Virus record (IMG/VR): IMGVR_UViG_3300044815_000165 | Span: 25,134-89,133 of that record | DNA length: 64,000 nucleotides | Reading direction: 5' to 3' (one strand) | From: a virus | In this document: piece by piece, positions 30,074 to 40,843 of the stretch | How positions within the stretch are numbered: position 1 is the stretch's first letter | Layout: each line of letters begins with the position of its first letter | Program-made: the position numbers and the translations under genes | Notes under the pieces: generated by a model | Seen by the model: only the letters and a program-made list of their open reading frames with translations | The model's database searches: none | What the model was told of the DNA's origin: nothing

Positions 30074-31101
30074 CGAAGAACCGTTTCGACACGCGCAACC
30101 GCGGCGCCGACGAGGTGTTCTACGACCTCCGCATGATGCGCGCGGACGCGAAGAGTTCGGTCGTGCTCGCCGTGTTCGGATCGAACAGCGTAGACCCACG
30201 TGGGCTCGCGCGCGCTCTCAACGCGCAGTGGTCGGCGGTCGTCACGCTCGTCGGGTTCCAGCCTCAGCGCGTGATGACGAGCTGCCGCGACGTCGGCACG
30301 GAGAAGGCCGTGAGGCTCGCCGCCAAGGACGTCACCGGCAAGCTCGCCGTGATCGTCCACCGCGCCGAGATGACCTACGGGATCAAGCAGGCCGACGAGA
30401 TGTGCTGCAACCTGGTCTCGCGCGAGGCGGACGCGCTCCTCATGATCGGCGGTGGGAGCAAGTTCCTCCGCGATCGATTCGCCGGTTGGTACAAACCCAT
30501 TCACGAGGTGGATTTCTAATGCTGCTCGACAACGTGGTTCTGAAGACGATCCTGGACAAGTACGCGCCCGGCGTCGACGTCGAAGGTGATGGCATCTACC
30601 AGATGCAGTGGCGGAGCACGGAGACGTTCTATCGGCACACGGAGGAGTACGTGCCGCCGGAGAGTCGGCCCGCGTTCAAGTTCGCGCTCGAGATCGCATT
30701 CCCCGGCAAGAAGGGTGCGCTCTAGACCATGTCGCGCCGCCGCAAGCTGATCGTCGGCATGATCCTGGGTGCGGTGCCTGTCGGCATCCTGTGGATCTTC
30801 GCGGCGCTCGATGCTGGAGACTACGAAACGATGCGTCTCCGCATGCGTCTCGTCGGGTGCGTCATCTTCCTGGGAGCCTTCCTGCTCCTCATGGAGAAGA
30901 CGTGATGGCCGTGCAGGCGGACCTACGCGAGCTGTGGAACGCCGTCGATAAGTGGCGGACCACGAAGTGCAGCTACCCGCGCGGCGCTCGTCTCATGGGC
31001 GTAGAGGACTCGCAGTATTGCGATGGCGAGAATCACCAAGAGAACTGTGACGCCGAGATCGCTCGCCAGGATCTGCTCGCAACCCACAACCGGATCAAGC
31101 T

Positions 31102-31458
31102 GTGAAGCCCAAGAACCGAGCGAAGCTGGCGCGCCGCAACGCGGGCCTATCGATCGGGCAAGCTGCGAGGTTGCTCCGGCTCACCACGGACGACGTCGTC
31201 TCGATCGAGGAGACAAACGCGGCGTTCAGCATGGCTGACCACGCGAAGCTCGCCGACGTGTACGGCGTGAACATCCCGTGGTTGAAGGGCGAGGTTCCGC
31301 AGCACGACTACGACACGATGAATAGCGTCGACGGGTTCGACAAGGTCACACCCAACGACCAGGCCGTGCTCGCCGAGTTCGCGGCATCGATGCCTCGACA
31401 AGGCAAAACTGCGGCTGAGCGGCTGGCCAACATCCTCAAGAAGAAAGATCCCACGTGA
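31102..31458 (+). CDS. XRE-family HTH protein
   Basis: ARRNAGLSIGQAARLL...IE...KLADVYGVNIPWL. Confidence 0.75.
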   Translation: MKPKNRAKLARRNAGLSIGQAARLLRLTTDDVVSIEETNAAFSMADHAKLADVYGVNIPWLKGEVPQHDYDTMNSVDGFDKVTPNDQAVLAEFAASMPRQGKTAAERLANILKKKDPT

Positions 31459-33302
31459 AGATCGTCTCGATCGCGATCCAGAATTTCTTGAGCTTCGGCG
31501 ACGCCGTGATCGGGCTCGGCGGTGCCGGGCTCACGCTCGTCGAGGGCGAGAACCGCGACGACAAGAGTGCGCACTCGAACGGCAGCGGCAAGAGCGCCAT
31601 CTTCGACGCGCTCGTGTGGTGCCTGTTCGGGACCACGCTGCGCGGCTACGAGAACGACGAGGTGATCCACCGCAAGGTCGGCTCGGACTGCCTGGTCAGC
31701 GTGTCGCTCGAGACCGACGACGGTGACATGTACATGGTCATGCGCGCGCGCCGCCACAGGGAGTTCAAGAACTCGCTTCGCGTCAAGTACGTCAACTTCG
31801 ACGAGGACATGAGCGCAGGAAGCAATGCTGACACGCAGCTCGTCGTGGAGAAGCTCCTCGGATGCACGCTGCGGACGTTCCTGTCGAGCGTCGTGTTCGG
31901 ACAGGATCGCGCGTACAGGTTCTCGTCGCTCACCGACAAGGAGCAGAAGGAGATCCTGGACGAGGTGCTCGGCGTCGAGCGCTTCGCCGAGGCGTGCACG
32001 ATCGCGCGCGCTCGCGTCGCGTCGCTCAACACCTCCATCGCGACGATCTCGAAGAGCCTCGATCGCGCGCGCGAGCTGATGGAGGAGGACGAGACGGAGG
32101 TCGACGATCTCCGCGAGAAGGACAAGGGCTTCGAGACGGACCGCACGGCGCGCGTGCTGGACGAGCACGAGAAGATGCGCAAGCTCAAGGACCAGATCAA
32201 GAAGACGGACCGGACGCTCAACCCGCAGATGCACACCACGCACGCCGCGCTCACCAAGGAGGTGTCCGTGCTGGACGCCGAGGTGTCCAACGCGCGCGAC
32301 GTCGTCGCCAAGTCGCATGCCTCGCTCACGCACGCCGACGACGTGGTCTCCTCGATCCAGCGGAAGCTGAAACAACACGAGACGCGCGGCGGCGTCTGCG
32401 GCGCGTGCAAGCGCCCGCTGGACGACGCGGTCGACCACGCGAACATGATCGCGTCCGTGAAGAAGGAGCTGAAGGCTGCCGAGAAGGTCGCAGCTGCAGC
32501 GAAGCTCCTGGCGGAGGCGCACGACACCGCGCTCACCGGCGCGAAGCACAAGCTTCAGAAGAAGCGCGTGGAGCTGGAAGCACTCGGCAAGTCGGTCATC
32601 GCAGCTGCGCAGGCCGAGGCGAACGTGAAGGAGTGGACGCAGCGCCTGACGATCCACGAGGAGCGCGCCGCGGAGATCGAGGCCGAGACGAACGCCTACG
32701 CGGCGCTCATCAAGAAGGTCGAGCTGCGCTACGCGAAGCACTCCGCCGAGGTCGACCTGTTCGACGCGCAGCTCGCCGCCGAGGAGGCACAGCTGAAGCT
32801 CGTCGATTTCTGGGTCAAGGCGTTCGGCGCGCGCGGCCTGCGGTCGCTGCTGCTCGACAGCTCCATGCCACTCCTCAACGCGGAAGCGGCGCGCGTGTCG
32901 CGCGCGATCACCGGCGGTGCGATCAAGGTGCGCTTCTCCGTGACGAGCGACCTTAAGTCCGGCAAGACGGTGGACCGCTTCGAGGTCCAGGTCGACAACA
33001 AGCACGGCGCCGGCACCTACGCGGGATGCAGCGCCGGCGAGCGCGCCAAGGTCGACCTCTGCGTGGGGCTCGCGCTGCAGAGCCTAGTCGCGTCGCGCTC
33101 TTCAGCGACGTTCAACGTCGTCGCGTTCGACGAGGCGTTCGACCACCTCGACTCGGCGGCGCACGAGCGCGTCATCGACGTCCTGTCAGAGATCGACAAG
33201 GAGAGCGTCTTCGTCATCAGCCACGACGAGGACCTGAAGGCATGGTTCCCGGCCTCGCTGCGCGTGGTGAAGAAGAATGGCTTCTCCACGGTCGAGACGT
33301 AG
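31455..33302 (+). CDS. SbcC/Rad50-like ATPase
   Basis: NGSGKS, coiled coils, CGAC Zn hook, SAGE signature, FDEAFD, ISHD. Confidence 0.93.
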   Translation: MKIVSIAIQNFLSFGDAVIGLGGAGLTLVEGENRDDKSAHSNGSGKSAIFDALVWCLFGTTLRGYENDEVIHRKVGSDCLVSVSLETDDGDMYMVMRARRHREFKNSLRVKYVNFDEDMSAGSNADTQLVVEKLLGCTLRTFLSSVVFGQDRAYRFSSLTDKEQKEILDEVLGVERFAEACTIARARVASLNTSIATISKSLDRARELMEEDETEVDDLREKDKGFETDRTARVLDEHEKMRKLKDQIKKTDRTLNPQMHTTHAALTKEVSVLDAEVSNARDVVAKSHASLTHADDVVSSIQRKLKQHETRGGVCGACKRPLDDAVDHANMIASVKKELKAAEKVAAAAKLLAEAHDTALTGAKHKLQKKRVELEALGKSVIAAAQAEANVKEWTQRLTIHEERAAEIEAETNAYAALIKKVELRYAKHSAEVDLFDAQLAAEEAQLKLVDFWVKAFGARGLRSLLLDSSMPLLNAEAARVSRAITGGAIKVRFSVTSDLKSGKTVDRFEVQVDNKHGAGTYAGCSAGERAKVDLCVGLALQSLVASRSSATFNVVAFDEAFDHLDSAAHERVIDVLSEIDKESVFVISHDEDLKAWFPASLRVVKKNGFSTVET

Positions 33303-34350
33303 ACCATGTCGACGCGTCTCGATTCCATTCGCGGGATGCGCGCGACGCACTCGATCCGATCTCGCGCGACGCAACCGATCACGGGTCCGTGGTCGTTCCG
33401 CGACATCTGCGAGCACGAGGACGGGTGGAAGGAAGTCGGCGCGCATTGGCTCCAGTGCAAGCGCTGCTGGTGGTGCAAGCCGAAGCTCGGGAAGCCGCCG
33501 AGGCTCGAGAGGTTGCCGGCGATCCTCGAGCGCTGCGTGCTGCCGCCGCTGACCGGGAAGATCGACCTGAGCAAGGTTTTCAGGAATGCTGGCTTTATGC
33601 TCGACGATGATCGTGACTCCGTGTTATCGATTGTTCGTGTTCATGTCGTACAACACGTCTTCGTTGAGGACCCACTCATTCGCAGGTGCGGTGTCGACGT
33701 CCGGTTCAACGAGTTCGGCTGGCACTCGGCCGCGCTCTTCAACGAGACCGCGCTCTACGTGCTGCTAGACGTCGTCGCGAAGGCCGAGCCGCGCAAGCCC
33801 CGCGCGCTCTGGTTGGCGATCCAGGCCGCGTTCTCCAAGGGGTGGAAGAAGCCGTGGGAGAGGTCATGAGCATCATCGAAGTTTTCAAGCCAACGTTCGA
33901 CAATTTCCAGGAGACGCCGATCGTCATCTGGCGCGAGAACAACGGACCGATTCGGATCGCTGTCAACATCCTCGACCAGTACCGGAAGTGGAAGGCATCG
34001 CAAGCGCTGCCGCTCGCGCGCAAACCGGAACCGGAACCATTTTTCTGGGAGTCCCATGGTCCGGCGATCTGTCGCGCCCTCGAACATTGTGGAGCCATGG
34101 CGCTCATCATCGAGGGCGCGTCAGATCGCAAGGTCAAGTATCGCTGGTTCCGCAAGAGTCAGAAGGAGCATCACAGCGGTGACTGGTATTGTATCTCGAG
34201 CGTCTACGCCGAGGGCAACAGCGGATCGACCGCTACGCATGTCCGCGTGACGATGCCGACTGACGAAGACATCGACTTCACCTTCTCGCCCGTGATGATG
34301 AAGGAGTGGCTCAAGCCGAAGCCGGCGAGTCCTGATGGTGTGGAGATCTG

Positions 34351-35046
34351 ATGCAGCACGCACAGGTCAGTGCGCTCGCGCGCCTCTTCGCGTTGGAAGC
34401 GGGGAAACCGTTCCGTCGTGATCTTCCGTGCAGGGTGCTCACGGCTGATCCCGCGTGGATGTTCAACGATCCGCTTCCCGGTGCCGGGCGCGGAGCGGCG
34501 AAGAACTATCGCACCCAGTACATCGACGACATCATCTACCGACGCGGCTTCGAGTTCGACTGGCCGGCGATCGCTGACGATGCGATCCTCGTCCTGTGGC
34601 GCGTCGCCTCGCAGGTCGAGGACGCCTACCGCGTGATGCGCGGCTGGGAGTTCGAGCCGAAGAGCGAGTTCGTCTGGAACAAGCTCACCAAGAACGGCAA
34701 GAAGTGGATGGGCATGGGACGCACAGGGCGTCAGGCCCACGAGATCGCCATCATCGGCACGCGCGGGCGATCCGCGCTCGTGATGAAGGACCTCGGCGTC
34801 CGCTCCACCTTCGAGGCGCGGGTGCCCGTCTACGAGGCGAATCATCCGTACGTGCTCGAGGGCAGGGTGAAGGCGGGCAGCTACGTCCACAGCGGCAAAC
34901 CAGAAGAGTTCCGGATCATGCTAGAGCAGATGTGCAAGGGTCCGTTCGTCGAGCTGTTCGGACGACGCACGCGTCCGGGTTGGAGCGTGCGAGGCAACCA
35001 AGTATGGGACGGCGTGAGCGACCACGTCCGTGTCGTGAGGAACTGA
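34351..35046 (+). CDS. MT-A70 family N6-adenine methyltransferase
   Basis: ADPAW (DPPW-like), FVWNK, HSGKPE, ELFGRR..PGW..GNQ. Confidence 0.85.
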   Translation: MQHAQVSALARLFALEAGKPFRRDLPCRVLTADPAWMFNDPLPGAGRGAAKNYRTQYIDDIIYRRGFEFDWPAIADDAILVLWRVASQVEDAYRVMRGWEFEPKSEFVWNKLTKNGKKWMGMGRTGRQAHEIAIIGTRGRSALVMKDLGVRSTFEARVPVYEANHPYVLEGRVKAGSYVHSGKPEEFRIMLEQMCKGPFVELFGRRTRPGWSVRGNQVWDGVSDHVRVVRN

Positions 35047-35477
35047 TGGCGCTCACCTACCCCAACGAAGTTACGATCCAGATGACCTTCGTGGTCTGCT
35101 GCCACGCGGGCTGCGGCGTCACCTTCGGGATGCCGCAACGCATGTCCGACGATCGCCGCAAGGACCACCAGCTGTTCTACTGCCCCAACGGGCACTCGCA
35201 GCACTTCAACACCAAGTCCGAGGCCGAGCTGCTCAAGGACAAGGTCGCGCAGCTCGAGAAGGACAAGCAGAGCCTCATCAAGAAGCGCGAGTGGGCGGAC
35301 GAGTCCGCACGCAAGGCGACCCACGATGCGAAGACGGCCCGCTCGCACGCGAAGCGTGCCATCACGATCTCGCGGAAGCTCCGTCAACGTCTCAAGACGG
35401 GGCTGTGTCCGTGCTGCGAGGTGAAGTTCGACAACCTCGAAGCGCACATGTCCGAAGTCCACCCCAAGTACCGCTGA
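35046..35477 (+). CDS. Zn-finger/coiled-coil protein
   Basis: YCPNGH, CPCC...HM..VHP; TGATG coupling. Confidence 0.6.
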   Translation: MALTYPNEVTIQMTFVVCCHAGCGVTFGMPQRMSDDRRKDHQLFYCPNGHSQHFNTKSEAELLKDKVAQLEKDKQSLIKKREWADESARKATHDAKTARSHAKRAITISRKLRQRLKTGLCPCCEVKFDNLEAHMSEVHPKYR

Positions 35478-36009
35478 AGGAGCTACCAGATGAATGACAC
35501 GAGCAACGCGAGCAACGACCTCGCGACCTTGATGACGAACGCGCAGAAGCAACTCGACGAGCACGCCGCGTGGCTCGCCGCCGAGATCACCAACCTCACA
35601 CCGGAGCAGGCCGCGCCGTTCATGCGGTCGATGCTCGTCATCCAGACGAAGCAGATCAAGCTCCGCATGGCGCGCGCCGATAAAGACAGCGTGTCGGTCG
35701 TGTGGGACTACCCGGACGAGCTGGGTGAGTTCCTCAGGGAACGCGCACCGGATCACCTCCGCGCGTCGCTCGCCGGTGGTCACCTCGTGGAGATCGACGC
35801 GCCGTCGGTGCGTCCGGTGTCCGCGTGAAGATCGACGTCGACAAGGTCCGCGCGATCCAACGAACGGCGTCCAGCCAGCTCGCGGGCATGCAGGCGCCTG
35901 TCGAGGTGCGGACCGCGGTGGACCTGCTCGACATCTTGCTCGACGAGCTGGTCGAGCGCGACGCCGCCGCCGAGACGCTCGCCGCGTCGATGACGTACGC
36001 GCAGTAGAT

Positions 36010-36153
36010 CTAGCGGCCGAGAGGTAGCGCTCGCAACAGCTCGATCACGCAGAGGAGCAGGATCGGCACCCACGCCGGGCACTTCCCGAGCGCCGATGCG
36101 ATGGTGCAGATGAACGCGGCGATGGCGATGATCAGAAAGACGGTGAGAGGCAT
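36010..36153 (-). CDS. Small two-helix membrane protein
   Basis: MPLTVFLIIAIAAFICTIASALG..WVPILLLCVIELL; fills a gap in the + strand operon. Confidence 0.55.
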   Translation of the reverse strand: MPLTVFLIIAIAAFICTIASALGKCPAWVPILLLCVIELLRALPLGR

Positions 36154-36178
36154 GCCCGAAGAGTACCCGACGCAGGAC

Positions 36179-36787
36179 ATGAAGAGCAGATTGCGCACCG
36201 CAAGCGGTAAGCGCCCGAGCGTCCACAAGGCACAGCGCGCTCCCGTCACGTCGATCGCCAAGGTCCTGTCGAACCGCACGCGAAAGAACAGCCGCCGCAA
36301 GGGCAACCGCAACGAGCTGGACATCGCGAAGGTGTTCTCGAATTGGAGCGGTGAGCTGGTGCGTCGCACGCCGGGCTCCGGCGGATGGTCGACCGAGAAG
36401 TTCGGCGTGACTGCCGACCTCGTGTGTCCGAAGAAGGCGTTCCCGTTCCACGTCGAGGTGAAGAACCGCCAGGGGTGGTTCCTCGATGACCTCGTCACCG
36501 GCGCGCGCGACGACCACGACAAGAGCATCGTGCAGTGGTGGATCCAGTGCACGACGTCGTGCCCCGCGAAGAAGATCCCGCTGCTCGTGTTCCGGCGCAG
36601 CCGCCAGCCGTGGCTCGTCATGATCGCTACGACGTCTCTCCCGGGCATCTACATGCTGCCGAACGTCATCGCCACGACGATGGGAGGCGAGGTCGGCGAC
36701 ACTGTCCGCGACGTCAGCGTGGTGTTGCTGAGCACGTTCCTCGGCGCCGCGTCCGTCCCCAAGGGTTTGCGAAACTACAACAAGTAG
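36179..36787 (+). CDS. Holliday junction resolvase (PD-(D/E)xK)
   Basis: SRRKG...E, RRTPGSGG, ADL...VEVK, WWIQ, PLLVFRR. Confidence 0.8.
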   Translation: MKSRLRTASGKRPSVHKAQRAPVTSIAKVLSNRTRKNSRRKGNRNELDIAKVFSNWSGELVRRTPGSGGWSTEKFGVTADLVCPKKAFPFHVEVKNRQGWFLDDLVTGARDDHDKSIVQWWIQCTTSCPAKKIPLLVFRRSRQPWLVMIATTSLPGIYMLPNVIATTMGGEVGDTVRDVSVVLLSTFLGAASVPKGLRNYNK

Positions 36788-37448
36788 AGGATGTCGATGG
36801 AGAAGCTAGTCAGCGGATTGTTCAAGATCGTGTGCGCAACGTGTCCCGCGCACGCCGTGATCCACGAGTCCGTGAGGTACCAGGACGGGCTCCTCGTCCA
36901 CTACGAGTGCCACGACAAGGAGTACCTGGTCGCGATGTACCCACACTTGACGCGCGCCATCGTCCACAAGGACGGCGGTCGGTGGTTGTACGCGTTCAAC
37001 GTGGTCAAGCCAGACGTCAGCTGTCTGCACGAGCCGATCGAGTGCGTCTACGTCCTCGACACCGAGCTGGAACCGATGAGCCCGGAGAGAATCGCCGAGA
37101 TGCACAAGCACCTCTCCGAGAGCCTACCCATCGCGGAGGTCTCGGGACGGCCGAGCTTCTGCGAGACCGAAGAGGCGTGGATCGACCTCCTCGCGGAGGG
37201 ACGCAAGACGCTGGCGCTGCTGGCGCGTTTCGTGGGGAAGACGTGAAGCGTTTCCTCTTCGTCGACTCGGTCTTCTCGGGCGTGTTCCACTTCTTCGACC
37301 TCAACGAGTACCTCGCGTTCGAGCGCGGCTTCTCGGTGGCGATAGAGCGCTACGCCTCGCGCGTGTCGTTCAAGTTCTGGGATCCCGAAGACCCGGATCT
37401 CGATGTCATCGAGTCCCAGTCCGAGGTAGAGAAAGCCAGGAGGAAAAC

Positions 37449-37820
37449 ATGAGACGTCCACGCCATCTAGATTTCGAGTGCGGCACCTGCGGGTTCATCG
37501 GCGAGGTGTTCGTGGAGACGAATGACGACAACACGCCGCTGGAAGAGCAGCACTGCGCGCAGCCCGTCACGGATCTATCGGAGGCTGCCGAGACCTGCGG
37601 CGCGACTTGCGGCGCCGTCCTCGAGCAGCGCGACACCGTCTTCAACGGCTACATGAAGACCATCGTGAAGGGCAGCCACGACTACAACGACCGCGAGCGC
37701 GAGCGCCTCGAGAAGCGCAGCGACGAGCACTGGAAGCGTGAAGGTCGCCACGAGGCGATCGAGCGCGAGCGTTCCATGCTCAAGAAGAACGGCATGGAGG
37801 GTGCCGGCGGCGTGCGGTGA
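37449..37820 (+). CDS. FmdB-like zinc-ribbon protein
   Basis: DFECGTCG...CGATCG; GGAGG RBS. Confidence 0.55.
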   Translation: MRRPRHLDFECGTCGFIGEVFVETNDDNTPLEEQHCAQPVTDLSEAAETCGATCGAVLEQRDTVFNGYMKTIVKGSHDYNDRERERLEKRSDEHWKREGRHEAIERERSMLKKNGMEGAGGVR

Positions 37821-38199
37821 AGGTCCTCATCGCTGTAGACGTCGCGGAGGACGAGACGAACAGGATCACGATCACGTGCGAGAACTGCGGCGTCGAGATC
37901 GCCGACACACACGAGGGTCCGGCGATCATCAACATCAAGGGGAACATCCCGCAGGCCGCGTTCGAGGCGTTCAAGCGGCAGTGGCTCAAGGCCGTCGAGA
38001 GCGGGTCGCTCCGCCCGATGATCGTCAACGCCGAAGACGTGCAGCTCATCCAACCTGAACCATCACTACGAGCGTTGGTCGTGTCGCACGCGAAGTCGTG
38101 CAAGAAGTCAGGCTGAACAGTTCGTCTGTACCACTGGTACATGGATCGTCGCCGGGAGCCCGATCGTGTGTCGTCAACACGATGTCCAGAACGGGGCGG

Positions 38200-38228
38200 T
38201 TGCACCTACCACCCGAGCTGCGTAGACT
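38200..38228 (+). promoter_or_regulatory. Putative promoter
   Basis: TTGCAC-17bp-TAGACT upstream of the HTH gene and the TerS candidate. Confidence 0.5.
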
Positions 38229-38234
38229 GAACTG

Positions 38235-38498
38235 GTGCCCGGGGCTCGCCGTCGTCGCAAACCCGTCGTGAAGGTCGACCTCTTCGCCAAGGCGAAGTGG
38301 ATGATCGGGCGCGGGATCCCGCCGTCCTACGTGGCCGAGAGGCTCAACGTTTCGCGTACCACGCTGTGGTCCTGGCGCCGACTGATGAACCACGACAGCA
38401 CGTTCAAGGAGCTGCGTCGGCGCGTCTTGATGTTGCCGGCGCATCTGCGCGACCAGCTCGTCACCGACCTGTCCGATGCCAGGAGAGCTGCAGCATGA
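38235..38498 (+). CDS. HTH DNA-binding protein
   Basis: GIPPSYVAERLNVSRTTLWSW. Confidence 0.65.
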   Translation: MPGARRRRKPVVKVDLFAKAKWMIGRGIPPSYVAERLNVSRTTLWSWRRLMNHDSTFKELRRRVLMLPAHLRDQLVTDLSDARRAAA

Positions 38499-39367
38499 GC
38501 GAGTCCAAGACCGACCGATCTACCGCGCCGCGCGATGGCACCCGACGTAGCCGCGCGAAGCAGGCGCACGATCGCAACATCAAGCCGCCGAAGGCGAAGC
38601 GCACCGCGGCGCGCAAGCCGAAGAAGGGCGCGCGCGTGATGGAGGCACAGCTCGCGAAGCAGCCGCCGCCGACCTCGCTGATCGAGCACGACGAGCCCGC
38701 GGAGACGCTGGCGGAGGTCGTGGTCGATCCGGACGAGGTGCCCGAGGTCAAGGATCCCTGGTGGACGGACGAGCGCGAGAAGGCGTTCGCGTTCGCGATG
38801 CAGGGCTTCCCGAAGTCGCAGATCGCGCGCGAGCTGGGTCGTGAGCGTCACGCGATCGCACGCTGGATGGAGGACGAGCGCTTCGAGACGCGCATGTACG
38901 AGGAGAACCTCGACAGGTTCAAGACGTCGCGACAGCGCCGCACCATGCAGACGCTGCGGCTCACCGACAAGGCGCAGGCGCTCGCCGACAAGATGATCGA
39001 CATCGCGGACGAGAACCCGAAGGACCTCAACGCGCGCCTCGCCGCGCGCGACTGGCTCAACGAGTTCCGCGAGCAGAGCCGGCGCGAGGACGAGATCTAC
39101 GGGCTCGACAAGCAGCGCGTGGACGTCAACGTGCACGGCACCATCCAGCACAAGCACAAGGGCACGGTCGACGTCAGCTTCAAGAACTTCCTGCTCGGCT
39201 CGATGAAGCGCCTCGGCGTCGACGTCGACTCGGAGGAGATCGACGCGGGCCGCGCGGACGAGGCGCTCGTGGCGATCACGGAGCGCGCTCTGATGGAGGG
39301 CACGTTCCTGGAGGATCTCGTCGCACAAGAGAAGGAGCAGGCGCTGCTCCTCGCCGAAGGCCGCTAA
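38495..39367 (+). CDS. HTH protein, probable terminase small subunit
   Basis: GFPKSQIARELGRERHAIARW HTH, helical core, DVNVHGTIQH beta tail. Confidence 0.5.
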   Translation: MSESKTDRSTAPRDGTRRSRAKQAHDRNIKPPKAKRTAARKPKKGARVMEAQLAKQPPPTSLIEHDEPAETLAEVVVDPDEVPEVKDPWWTDEREKAFAFAMQGFPKSQIARELGRERHAIARWMEDERFETRMYEENLDRFKTSRQRRTMQTLRLTDKAQALADKMIDIADENPKDLNARLAARDWLNEFREQSRREDEIYGLDKQRVDVNVHGTIQHKHKGTVDVSFKNFLLGSMKRLGVDVDSEEIDAGRADEALVAITERALMEGTFLEDLVAQEKEQALLLAEGR

Positions 39368-40332
39368 CCTTTCCAGTAGAGGCCAGCGGGGAACTTGTTG
39401 CCGAACTCCGGCACGATGCTGTGCAACGTCGCGCGCGCCGGGATGCAGCGCTTCCAGCACCAGAGGTTGAGTTCCGACATCGTCATCGTGACACGCGCCT
39501 GCGTGCGGCAGCCGTTGCAGATGTACATGGCGCTGTCGGGGATCGACTTGTCGACGAACTCGAGCGCGTAGACCGGGGTGCTCTTGCATCCGCGACACCA
39601 CACGCTGCTCTTCGTCTCGTTCATCGTGAACGCCGTGCAGCCGCACGCCGGGCACGCCGACAGCTGCTTGTTGATCACGCGGATCGTCGGCTCGAAGACA
39701 CGTGGAGCCCTCGGCCGCGCCGGCTCGGTCGTCGGCGTCGGCTTCTTGAGCGGTGCGATCTCCACGGTCAGCTCCTCCACGACGGCGGAGAAGCGCGTGC
39801 GGGGTGCTGGTACAGGTACATCCGGTAGACCGAACTGCGCGCGCGCCTCGTCTGCGGTGATGATACCGGCGGCGTATGCGCTCGCGGTGACGAGATCGAT
39901 CGCATCTTCTTTCGACTTCTCGAGCATCTCGGTCGCCGTCTTCAGCAGGCTGTCGAACGAAACTTTGCCTTCTTCGGAGAGCTTCATGTACGCGGCGCTG
40001 GGTGGTGGTTCCGGTGGTGGAGGCACGATCGGGTTGAGCCATGCCATTCGTTCGCGCTTGGAGAACTGGATCTTCGGCAGATCTTCGTAGCGTGTCACCG
40101 CCTCGATTTCCTCGTACTCCATGCGCACGATCCATTTGACGGTCAGCGGACCAGCCTTGCGCAGCTCTTGTTCGACGCGAAACTTGATGCTCTCCATGAC
40201 CACGGCGCTGCACGTGCGATCGATGATCACGTAGACGCGACAGTCGCCGAACTTGTCGACATCTTCGATCTGCGTCCGCAGGATGTTGCCAGACACGGTC
40301 GTGATGATGTCGGCGATCTCGGACTTGAACAT
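39364..40332 (-). CDS. Hypothetical protein with C-terminal Cys clusters
   Basis: CPACGC, CRGC, CNGC; converges on the + block with overlapping stop region. Confidence 0.55.
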   Translation of the reverse strand: MFKSEIADIITTVSGNILRTQIEDVDKFGDCRVYVIIDRTCSAVVMESIKFRVEQELRKAGPLTVKWIVRMEYEEIEAVTRYEDLPKIQFSKRERMAWLNPIVPPPPEPPPSAAYMKLSEEGKVSFDSLLKTATEMLEKSKEDAIDLVTASAYAAGIITADEARAQFGLPDVPVPAPRTRFSAVVEELTVEIAPLKKPTPTTEPARPRAPRVFEPTIRVINKQLSACPACGCTAFTMNETKSSVWCRGCKSTPVYALEFVDKSIPDSAMYICNGCRTQARVTMTMSELNLWCWKRCIPARATLHSIVPEFGNKFPAGLYWKG

Positions 40333-40338
40333 GCGCGG

Positions 40339-40830
40339 CTACCTCTTGTTGGTGAATTCGATCTCGATCTCGTAGACGGGTCGCTTGCGCGCCACCATGC
40401 AGCCGAGCATGTGACCGCTCCCTCGGCTCTTCCCGTCCCAGATGACGAACAGCGCGTGCGCGACGCTCGCCATGTCGAGGTTGCGGAGCGGACCGGCAGC
40501 CTTGCCGAAGCGGTTCCAGTTCGCGGGGAACACGATCGCCTCGTGTCGCGTGAGCGCCCTGGCGACGCGCTCGCCGGCGTAGTCGACGCCGTACCACACG
40601 CCGTCGTCCTGCGAGCGCTGCCCTCCGCTGATGACGAAGTCGGGCCGTGCCTTGATCGCCTTGCACATCGAGTCCCAGTGCTCGGTGAGCAGCTTGACGG
40701 CGAGCTTGGTCCTGATGTGACGGGATCCCGCGACGATGATCTTGTAGCCGGGCAGCTGACGCACGCGCGAGGTGCGCTCCCCGTCCGCCGCGATCGCCGC
40801 GGGATCCAACTCCTTCGAGTCGTACATCAC
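40339..40830 (-). CDS. SLOG superfamily (YspA/DUF2493-like) protein
   Basis: IVAGSR, VISGG, GVD, FPANW..FGKAAGPLRN..M, WDGKSRG. Confidence 0.85.
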   Translation of the reverse strand: MMYDSKELDPAAIAADGERTSRVRQLPGYKIIVAGSRHIRTKLAVKLLTEHWDSMCKAIKARPDFVISGGQRSQDDGVWYGVDYAGERVARALTRHEAIVFPANWNRFGKAAGPLRNLDMASVAHALFVIWDGKSRGSGHMLGCMVARKRPVYEIEIEFTNKR

Positions 40831-40843
40831 AGGACCTCCGTGA

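Noticed and set aside
39820-39870. Portal-like motif GIITADEARAQFGLP
   Set aside because: A short match within a 322-aa protein that otherwise lacks portal features
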